Origin: Synechococcus sp.
GTDB taxonomy: Bacteria; Cyanobacteriota; Cyanobacteriia; Thermostichales; PCC-7336
Direction of reading: 5' to 3'
NCBI GenBank assembly: GCA_051439425.1
Contig: JBFRWD010000146.1
Location: 1-23,291 of the forward strand
DNA: 23,291 nt
Part shown: positions 16,088 to 23,291 of the stretch, piece after piece
Layout of the letters: each line of letters begins with the position of its first letter
Numbering within the stretch: the first letter of the stretch is position 1
Made by a program: the position numbers and the translations under genes
The notes under the pieces: model-generated
The model's database searches: none
Seen by the model: the letters and a program-made list of their open reading frames with translations, nothing else
Told to the model about the DNA's origin: nothing

Positions 16088-16216
16088 TTACTGAAGAGCC
16101 CTCGGCTCTTCACCCACCACTCGAAACCCAATGTTGCGGTTGGAAGCGCGCGGATTGAAGTTGAGGCGGAAGGCGGAACGGCAATACCCCGGATCGTAGG
16201 CCCAGGAACCGCCGCG
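16088..16216 (-). repeat. Variable region VR3
   Basis: 15 substitutions versus TR: 14 at adenines and one T>G (TGT>GGT). Confidence 0.95.
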
Positions 16217-18796
16217 CCTGATACGACCCATCTTTTCGTTATCGTTGTCATCTATCCAAGCGCTCCCGTCATCCGGCGCATTGTCGTAATTGCCATGCCA
16301 CTGGTCTAAGCACCACTCGAAAACGTTGCCGTGCATATCGCAAAGACCAAAAGCGTTGGCTATTTCGTAGCGATCGACAGAGGTAGTTTGATCCAGACTT
16401 TCGGCTGTCGGACTGCCGTTGTAGGAGACAGAGCTGTAGTAGTTCGCCACATCAGCAGTGAGAACGTCTCCGAAGTTAAACGGTGTTCTCGTTCCGGCCC
16501 GACAGGCATATTCCCATTCCGCCTCGCTGGGCAATCGGTAGGTTCGCTTTGTGTGTCGAGAGAGGCGATCGCAGAATTCGACAGCATCAAACCAAGAGAC
16601 TCGTTCGACTGGATGGCGTGCTCCTTTGAATCTCGCAGGCGATGGTTCAAGCGGGCGATTCACCTGCTCGCACCGCTCGGCAACAAACCGCCATTGCTTC
16701 TGCGTGACAGGATATCGCCCCATTAAGAAACCCTCTAGCCTAACTTCGTGTTGAGGATCTTCACTGTTACGGCGTTCTGGTTCGTTCGGCGGTGAACCCA
16801 TCAGAAACTCTCCAGCCGGTATCGCAACCATTTCCAAGCTAAAGTCGCTATCCAACACTTCCTCAAACTTCCAAGCCGCACCAGACTCTTTAAGTACTCT
16901 CCATCCTCCTTCCGCAGAAGAATCGCGTTCTAACTTGGCAATCTCAAAAGTAAACTCCTCAAGGCCCTCTTGAGGATCGCTTCTCCCGCTCTCAGCCTCA
17001 TTCTCGAACACGAGAATGACAACCTGCACCGTCTCTTCTTCCATAGGAGGAAAAGCAATCCTTACCAGCTCGACAAATTGCCCCGTCTCGAATGTCAACT
17101 CTCTAAGAGGGGGAAACCCGTCTCTTCCCACTAAGGCTTTACGATCTCGGACACTAACTGGCTCTTCACCTCTTAAAACCCGCTCTCTTTCATCCGCCCT
17201 AGCCACCCATGCTCTACCCAACTCCGCCTCCTCACCCCCCAGCAGTTGCAGCACGGAACCACAAACCTTAGCAAAATACAAATCCCCATCCGCGATCTGC
17301 GCCTGCAACCGCCCCCTGTCATCAGGAATCAAAGCACCGAAATCTCGAAGAGAACCATACTGCTGCTCAATAAAACTTCCCATCCCATTCATTACATTCA
17401 CCGATTGCAATGGTGGGCTAAGCTTTAACAACCGCTTTCGATAGTCCCCCTTGAAATCGTAAAAACTCTCTGCCACACCCTTCCCCTCTGGCCCCAGGCA
17501 CGACTTCTGCACCATTCCACTAAAAAATACCTCTGCCAAATGCCAGTAACGACTTTTTGACAAAAACGTCTGTTGCGCCAAACGCATCACCGGGGGGATC
17601 AAGGGCAACGCTGCCAAAATCTTCGCCAGCTCCTGCGCCTCATTGCTGGCATACGTCCAGAAATATGCCAAAGCATCCCGCTCATTTTCTACATCCTGAC
17701 CGCTATTTATGTCCTCTGACTCTTCCTCATCATCTTCTTCCTCTTGCTCAAACAACACCCCTTGAATCGCATTTCCTCCATATGCACAAACGTGCTGAGC
17801 CCAAGTCCCCATATGCTTGTCCGACAGATTGAATACCGGAAACCGGAACATCCGGTTGTCCTCTACTGGCAAGCGACCCTCTACCTGCAACTTGCGGTTG
17901 GCACAGGCTGCCAGTGGAGCTTTCAATGGTCGCAAAATTGCCGCCGCCAAGGCCGTGCTACTCCACAACTGACGCGGAAAAATATGTGCTAAATGGACTG
18001 GATGAACCTTGCCCAATGCACCTAACCACTCAAAAGCTTTTTGAGAATGCCAAGCCCGTCCCAGAGTATCGGTCAAGACTAAAAAAATGCGCTCGTGACC
18101 GGGGGCATGCAAGCTATGCACCTCACGCTCGATCGCATCTCCCCCCGATTTCAAGACCGCTCCCGCCGCATCTCCCGTATGGAATTCCCACACCCGCACA
18201 TCCCGAAACAATCCTTGCCAGCGAAACAAATCCGCCGCATCTGTGGACAAATCACCCCAAAATGCCATCGAAGGAGAACGATCGACTAACAAATGCAACT
18301 CCAACCACCGTTCCCTCGGACCCTGCCAAACGGGAGAGAGCAACCCATTTGCCTCTGCTGTTGCGATCGCTGTTGCCTCCACATTCAATTCGGTCCTTAA
18401 GGTTCCGGCGATGCGGCGAGCCAAAGGGGCGATCGCCTGACCAATCTCGCGTGCATCCGGAAAAGGAAAGGGATCTGGGACGCGAATGAGGGATGCAGGC
18501 TGATTTCTCTCTAGCTTCTTTCGGTCGGCCTCGCTGCGATCGGATTGACCTTTTGGATAGAGGGGAATGCTAGTTTCTTGTCGTGACGGTGCCGAGATGG
18601 GAGGCAATTCATCCTGGGCTCGATTTCGGCTCCCCAAAGTATTGCCGGGATAAGGAGGCCGCTCGTTCGCTTCCATTTGACCGTCGTCGATCGGATTGAG
18701 CCGACTATCCCAAATGTGGTGCAAGTGTGCCGCACACCACATCAAGTCTGCGACTTCAATCTCATCATTCCACCAAGGTGCATCTTCCAAAGCCAT
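16088..18796 (-). CDS. DGR target 3: vWA (SAV_2336-like N-terminal) domain + FGE/CLec domain
   Basis: EVADLMW, MIDAS-like LLVDRSPSMAFW (DxSxS), LVLTD, HLAEVFFSG; C-terminal FGE motifs; directly downstream of MoxR. Confidence 0.9.
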   Translation of the reverse strand: MALEDAPWWNDEIEVADLMWCAAHLHHIWDSRLNPIDDGQMEANERPPYPGNTLGSRNRAQDELPPISAPSRQETSIPLYPKGQSDRSEADRKKLERNQPASLIRVPDPFPFPDAREIGQAIAPLARRIAGTLRTELNVEATAIATAEANGLLSPVWQGPRERWLELHLLVDRSPSMAFWGDLSTDAADLFRWQGLFRDVRVWEFHTGDAAGAVLKSGGDAIEREVHSLHAPGHERIFLVLTDTLGRAWHSQKAFEWLGALGKVHPVHLAHIFPRQLWSSTALAAAILRPLKAPLAACANRKLQVEGRLPVEDNRMFRFPVFNLSDKHMGTWAQHVCAYGGNAIQGVLFEQEEEDDEEESEDINSGQDVENERDALAYFWTYASNEAQELAKILAALPLIPPVMRLAQQTFLSKSRYWHLAEVFFSGMVQKSCLGPEGKGVAESFYDFKGDYRKRLLKLSPPLQSVNVMNGMGSFIEQQYGSLRDFGALIPDDRGRLQAQIADGDLYFAKVCGSVLQLLGGEEAELGRAWVARADERERVLRGEEPVSVRDRKALVGRDGFPPLRELTFETGQFVELVRIAFPPMEEETVQVVILVFENEAESGRSDPQEGLEEFTFEIAKLERDSSAEGGWRVLKESGAAWKFEEVLDSDFSLEMVAIPAGEFLMGSPPNEPERRNSEDPQHEVRLEGFLMGRYPVTQKQWRFVAERCEQVNRPLEPSPARFKGARHPVERVSWFDAVEFCDRLSRHTKRTYRLPSEAEWEYACRAGTRTPFNFGDVLTADVANYYSSVSYNGSPTAESLDQTTSVDRYEIANAFGLCDMHGNVFEWCLDQWHGNYDNAPDDGSAWIDDNDNEKMGRIRRGGSWAYDPGYCRSAFRLNFNPRASNRNIGFRVVGEEPRALQ

Positions 18797-18810
18797 TTAC
18801 CATCTCCAGT

Positions 18811-19887
18811 TCACAAAGGCTTGTAAATGGCATTGAGCAGTTCTCTTTGATTTTCCTCGGTCAGATCTTCTCCCTGCAGCATCAAGTAGACAGCATTCAA
18901 TAGTTGATCGGTAGCGAGCTTTTTATCATTTTCAGCAATGCGATCTAAGAACGTATGAATTAAGCCCTTCGCCTTTGTCTCGTTAGCCACAAGATCGGCA
19001 TTCTTGAAACGCTGTTGCAGAATCTCGTAGAACCCCTCTTCTGTATTGGGCTGCTCCAGTTTCAGACTCAAACAGCGGCGCATGAAGGCAGGCGGAAATT
19101 CCCTTGCTTCATTGCTCGTCATAAATACCAGCGGAAACTCTTCGCAAGGAACAATGCCATCGTGAATCGGAATTTTCGTTGTTGTGCGATCTTGGCGGTC
19201 TCGATAGGGAAGTACGTCGTACTTTGGGCCTCCCAATCGCGATAACTCGGGAATTTCAAAATAGCCTTCTTCAAACAGGTGCAATAAGTCATTAGGTAAG
19301 TCGATGTCGCTTTTGTCGATTTCATCGATTAGAAGCACTGCCGGTCTTTGGCGTCGAGATCGATAAAATGCCATCCCCACGGGACCGAGACGCAGATAGT
19401 CACCAATATCGGGGGGTGTCTTCTCTTCCCCTTGAGATGTTCCTTGTTTTTGAAGTGCATCTTGCTGCAATCGACCAATGGCGTCATAGGCGTAAAGGCC
19501 ATCCTTTAGCACCATTCGTGAAGTAATCGACCAGCGATAAGGGCCAGGTAGACCTAATTCTTTGGCGACAGCATAGGCCAGCGTAGTCTTTCCAGAACCA
19601 GGAGTTCCGACTATGAGAAGGGGACGACGCAGGCAGATGGCTGCATTGACCAGAGCAATCGCCTTATTTGGGACAACGAAGCCTAGCCCACGGCTATCGC
19701 TGCGATCGATCTCGATATCCGATTGGCTCAACGGGTAGTCTACCCGGCCAACGTTTCGCCAGGGGGGTGGGGGTGGAATCAAACTACGCCGTTCTGCTTG
19801 AGCGTGGGGATCGGGTAACTCGCTCAGGGTAAGACCGCGATAGATGCGTTGGTCTTCAAGGTCGAAGAAGGATGAGGAATCGCTCAT
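18811..19887 (-). CDS. MoxR-family AAA+ ATPase
   Basis: VNAAICLRRPLLIVGTPGSGKT (Walker A), YAYDAIGRL, LLIDEIDKSDIDLPNDLL (Walker B), TSNEAREFPPAFMRRC. Confidence 0.93.
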   Translation of the reverse strand: MSDSSSFFDLEDQRIYRGLTLSELPDPHAQAERRSLIPPPPPWRNVGRVDYPLSQSDIEIDRSDSRGLGFVVPNKAIALVNAAICLRRPLLIVGTPGSGKTTLAYAVAKELGLPGPYRWSITSRMVLKDGLYAYDAIGRLQQDALQKQGTSQGEEKTPPDIGDYLRLGPVGMAFYRSRRQRPAVLLIDEIDKSDIDLPNDLLHLFEEGYFEIPELSRLGGPKYDVLPYRDRQDRTTTKIPIHDGIVPCEEFPLVFMTSNEAREFPPAFMRRCLSLKLEQPNTEEGFYEILQQRFKNADLVANETKAKGLIHTFLDRIAENDKKLATDQLLNAVYLMLQGEDLTEENQRELLNAIYKPL

Positions 19888-21831
19888 TTAAGTCACCTCG
19901 GATTGCAGCATGAATTGGGATCGCTCTGTAGGTTTTGGAAAGGTATCGTCGCGAAAGTGGGTTAACTGCAAGGGTTGCTTTCGCTCTCGGTAACGGCTGC
20001 GAATATTGGGTAATAGTTTGTACCACTCCTGCCATTGGTCGGTCGATAGTTCGTCTGCTACGACCGTGCTCGCCGGTTGTTCCCGTTCCCGGCTCCAAAG
20101 TGCAAAAATATAGTTCTTTTCAATCTCCCGCAACATGCGTTCGCTACAGTCGTCCCAGATATAGAGGGCAAAGGACGATGATGCTTCTTCAGATAAGGTT
20201 TGGCAGTTGACAACTATGGGGGGTAGCTCTGTTCTTGTAGGAGACCAAGCTATTTTTTTTATCTTCTTGATTTTCCTCTTGATCGATCTAAATTCCGTAA
20301 CAAAGTAGCGTTCATAGGAGTTGATAAATATAGCGTACTCCTCGCCAAGACCAACTTGTTCTCGGCCTCGCTGCAAATGTATTAATTCAAATGACTGATT
20401 ATATAGTTCAAGTGGTATAAATAGTTCCAATACTGGGAGTAAATCTTCCGAGGCTAATATTTTATAATGAATAGATTCGATTAATTGTGGTAAGATTAAC
20501 GCCAGCTTGCTTTGAAATGATTGAGGATTAGAGTCGGACAACTTGGCAATATTTCTACAGTAGGATAAAGGTAGATCTTCATTCTCCATCCAGAGACCAA
20601 TGTGAAGAGCGTATTCTCCGGTAAATCGGCCAGAATTATTTTCATCAGACTCTGGCTCTAATTCAATTTGTATTCTAAATTCTACTTGCTTATTATTTTC
20701 AATGCAGTCTGAAATTAATTTTTCTGCTACTCTAGAGCAACAATCTAAGTTTACATTCGGCTTATAAAGAGGAATATTTTTTTGCCAGCTTCTAATATCT
20801 CTTAATATCTTCTTCGAGACTTTCAAATCCCCAATATGCTCAACATATTGACAGAACCACTCTGAGAAAATGAGTAATTCACAGTTACCATCAATTGCCG
20901 CTCTACGAGCATAGCTTTGCAGTTTTTGGAAAAAATCATTCCCGCTATTTGTTATTAGCCTTCTTTCTTGCTTTTGATAAGCGATCAAGGTATTGATCGC
21001 AGCCATAACTAATATGTCATCATTGATTGAGTGAAGGATTTCATTCAATTGATTGACAAAGGTAAGGTAACAGGACTCCCAGTCCATGAGCGACCTGAGA
21101 TTATTTCTTGGAAAGAAATCGATCAAGGTAGGATTTGAGCCTTGAGGACAACTATATTGAGCACTTTGATCTTCACCTAAATGGCTATCGATAAGATTAC
21201 AAAGCTTATTTGGATGAAGGTAACTACTATCTAGATGGGATACAAGTTCGTCAACAACTATTTGGAAGGCCTCAACAAATCTTCCTACTTTAGCCGTATT
21301 TTTAAATTGACTAGAGGCGATGATATGAAGATTAAAAGCATTGTCAACTTGTTGTTTTGGTGCTATGCCTTCGGCATAGGCTTTTAGCATATCACTACTA
21401 CCACTTCCAGAATAGCAAGTGTCGATTATCATCAATATATGCTTGACTTTTGAATCTTTTTGCAAAAAGGTGTAGATTAACTTCTCCGTTTCCAGTCCTG
21501 TTATCTCTATTCGATCTCTATCACTGTTCTGTAAAAGTAGGCAATGGCCAGGTCTAGCGTTTTCCCCATGACCAGAATAGTAGAATGCCACTACATCTTT
21601 CTCTGTTCGCTCTGACGACGCCAGCCAATTCGCAATCTCAACAATGAATTCTTTGTCAGGATTATTGCTTATACTTTTTAGGACTTGCGTATATCCAAAA
21701 ACCTCTGTAAAAATCCTAACGATTCCATTGATTTCTTGTTCAACACCCAAACGATTGTCTGATGGATCGGAATAGGTGGAAGTACCACAAGCAATCAGGT
21801 AATATCTTGGGATATTGCTTTCTTCAGTCAT
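19888..21831 (-). CDS. Caspase-like (C14) protease fused to a probable vWA-MoxR-associated (VMAP) C-terminal region
   Basis: His-Cys dyad motifs FYYSGHG and IIDTCYSG; C-terminal LELFIPLEL...LGEEY...NSYER, FALW; stop abuts the MoxR start (TAAATG). Confidence 0.82.
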   Translation of the reverse strand: MTEESNIPRYYLIACGTSTYSDPSDNRLGVEQEINGIVRIFTEVFGYTQVLKSISNNPDKEFIVEIANWLASSERTEKDVVAFYYSGHGENARPGHCLLLQNSDRDRIEITGLETEKLIYTFLQKDSKVKHILMIIDTCYSGSGSSDMLKAYAEGIAPKQQVDNAFNLHIIASSQFKNTAKVGRFVEAFQIVVDELVSHLDSSYLHPNKLCNLIDSHLGEDQSAQYSCPQGSNPTLIDFFPRNNLRSLMDWESCYLTFVNQLNEILHSINDDILVMAAINTLIAYQKQERRLITNSGNDFFQKLQSYARRAAIDGNCELLIFSEWFCQYVEHIGDLKVSKKILRDIRSWQKNIPLYKPNVNLDCCSRVAEKLISDCIENNKQVEFRIQIELEPESDENNSGRFTGEYALHIGLWMENEDLPLSYCRNIAKLSDSNPQSFQSKLALILPQLIESIHYKILASEDLLPVLELFIPLELYNQSFELIHLQRGREQVGLGEEYAIFINSYERYFVTEFRSIKRKIKKIKKIAWSPTRTELPPIVVNCQTLSEEASSSFALYIWDDCSERMLREIEKNYIFALWSREREQPASTVVADELSTDQWQEWYKLLPNIRSRYRERKQPLQLTHFRDDTFPKPTERSQFMLQSEVT

Positions 21832-21834
21832 AAC

Positions 21835-22710
21835 TTATTGCAATCCTAATGCGATCGCCTCTCCACATTCTTTCGTGGTTAGATACCGCGTAGCTAGATG
21901 TGCATCAGTGATATTAAAACTTTTACCAATATTTGAGACCAATCGATCTGTAATATCTCCACCGAATAATGGATTTAATGATTTTACCGCCGCGACATAA
22001 TCTTCCTCATCGGCAAGGTTTATCCAATGCGATAGTCCTGCGGGCCAATAACCCTCACCATCAATAGGAGAAGGAGTCAGGCGATCGAAGATTAAATTAG
22101 GAATTCCCAGAGGAGAACCTAATGTAATAAAGACTTCAATCGGCCAGTCAGGGTGTTCGCACAGAGCTTCGTAACAAACAATAGAGCCTAGCGAATGTCC
22201 AATGAGTATTCTAGTATCATCCTGTATGCAGCTAGCCAACTTATCTCGAGCTATTGCTGCTAAATTGTGATCGGTCAAATAAGCATGCACTTGTTTGACA
22301 AAATGAATTAGAACCTGTTCTGAAACGATATTTAGATACTTGACACTACACAACTTTGCAATCACATAAGAGAGAGCCTTCCCGGCACCCTTATCAGTTG
22401 CGTTGAGATCCTCGCACGACTTCACCGCCTCCATACGTTCTAGCTCCGAAAACCATGCACGAAATAGGTCTTCTTCCCAGCCTGAGTTAACATCCCCTGC
22501 ATCGTATGCTGGAAAATCGTGTCGGGCCTTGGATTGAACTCGCTCTCGGAATAAGTCACCAAAGAAAGCACAGGTTAAATCAGCTTCTGAATCAAGTTTC
22601 CGATTGACTTTTGCCAGACCATCCTTTAGATTGGGCAACCACTTTAATTTAATCGTGTTTCCTCCTTCATATTCCTTGTTGATACCGTGAACAGCGACGA
22701 TCTTTGACAT
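21835..22710 (-). CDS. Alpha/beta hydrolase
   Basis: VAVHGI, GHSLG nucleophile elbow, FITLGSPLG, WINLADEEDYVA, AH..RYL; 3 nt from the caspase gene start. Confidence 0.87.
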   Translation of the reverse strand: MSKIVAVHGINKEYEGGNTIKLKWLPNLKDGLAKVNRKLDSEADLTCAFFGDLFRERVQSKARHDFPAYDAGDVNSGWEEDLFRAWFSELERMEAVKSCEDLNATDKGAGKALSYVIAKLCSVKYLNIVSEQVLIHFVKQVHAYLTDHNLAAIARDKLASCIQDDTRILIGHSLGSIVCYEALCEHPDWPIEVFITLGSPLGIPNLIFDRLTPSPIDGEGYWPAGLSHWINLADEEDYVAAVKSLNPLFGGDITDRLVSNIGKSFNITDAHLATRYLTTKECGEAIALGLQ

Positions 22711-22766
22711 TAGATAAATTCCCTGAAATCCCTATCTTTCCTCTCTATCTTCAGAACTTACTATTT

Positions 22767-23122
22767 GGCCTTTATTTTGCAGGAGAGAAATTTATAGCGC
22801 TAAGGCGTTCAGTTTCCTGGACTGCATCCCACGCGATCTCTGAACCAACTGTCCTACTTCTAGTTGAATGTAAGACAGTTTCATGACTCAATAGCCCTCA
22901 AAGCTTTGCGTAGCAGTGATCTTCGGAATGGTGCCAATCACTATAAGTAGGACAGTTTGATTCCATTGAAGCAAAAATCTATCGCTGATTAATCACGCTT
23001 CCCAGAATGTTGACAAGCTGAGTCAGTAGATAAGAAGCATGTTGGCGGAGAAAAGGGAGGCATGAATAGCTTACTCCATATAGGTTTTAGACTTAGCGCT
23101 ATAAATTTATCCGTTGCTATAT
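22767..23122. mobile_element. Candidate MITE or transposon remnant bounded by inverted repeats
   Basis: AAATTTATAGCGCTAAG (22788-22804) and its exact reverse complement (23092-23108), extending imperfectly outwards; internal AACTGTC(C/T)TAC repeats. Confidence 0.55.
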
Positions 23123-23160
23123 GGGGTTTGAGTAGTTTTGGAACAGAAAACTACGCTAAG
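23123..23160. mobile_element. 38-bp Tn3-family terminal inverted repeat
   Basis: GGGGTTTGAGTAGTTTTGGAACAGAAAACTACGCTAAG: 38 bp, GGGG...TAAG like the Tn3 IR; flanked by TATAT (candidate 5-bp target duplication). Confidence 0.9.
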
Positions 23161-23186
23161 GCTAAAAGCTTTGCCTAGACTGAGTT

Positions 23187-23291
23187 TCAGGTGAAATAAT
23201 CGTTGAATTTGTGAAAAGGCCGTACGCCCCCGTGCTTGAGTTTCTCTTCGAGCTCGAAGTGGTAGCGACCCAGCACGTGGATATGCTCGTA
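23187..23291 (-). CDS. tnpA: C-terminal 34 aa of a Tn3-family transposase, truncated by the window edge; absent from the ORF track
   Basis: YEHIHVLGRYHFELEEKLKHGGVRPFHKFNDYFT* matches the H(I)xxLGRYxF...RP tail; ends 26 nt from the 38-bp IR. Confidence 0.85.
   Translation of the reverse strand, partial: YEHIHVLGRYHFELEEKLKHGGVRPFHKFNDYFT

Larger units (their letters stand above)
11403..18796 (-). mobile_element. Diversity-generating retroelement locus: avd, RT, TR, spacer RNA and three target genes
   Basis: TR/VR alignments with adenine-specific mismatches, DGR-type RT, Avd homologue, conserved 3' hairpins. Confidence 0.97.

Noticed and set aside
20253..20260. A8 tract in the caspase-VMAP gene as a phase-variation site
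   Set aside because: Short, in a Lys-rich AT-rich segment, and the frame is intact.

Overview
Segment of a cyanobacterial mobile replicon, probably a conjugative/mobilisable plasmid; at least 13 HIP1 GCGATCGC octamers point to a cyanobacterial host. Left half: 3' end of a WD40 gene built of near-identical 123-bp repeats, higBA, a DUF932-like gene, parR/parM-like genes, a MOB_F-type oriT nick site, an HNH-like ORF and a TrwC-type relaxase-helicase-DUF3854 gene with an overprinted +1-frame ORF. Right half (minus strand, probably one operon): alpha/beta hydrolase, caspase-like/VMAP protein, MoxR AAA ATPase, vWA-FGE and TIR-FGE proteins, then a diversity-generating retroelement (avd, inserted hicBA, RT, template repeat TR, structured spacer RNA) and a third stand-alone FGE gene. 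One TR matches three variable regions, with 39 of 40 substitutions at TR adenines. Both DGR protein genes carry one lesion: an in-frame TGA in RT and TAG at the avd start position. The window ends with a small element bounded by inverted repeats, interrupted by a Tn3-family transposon end.
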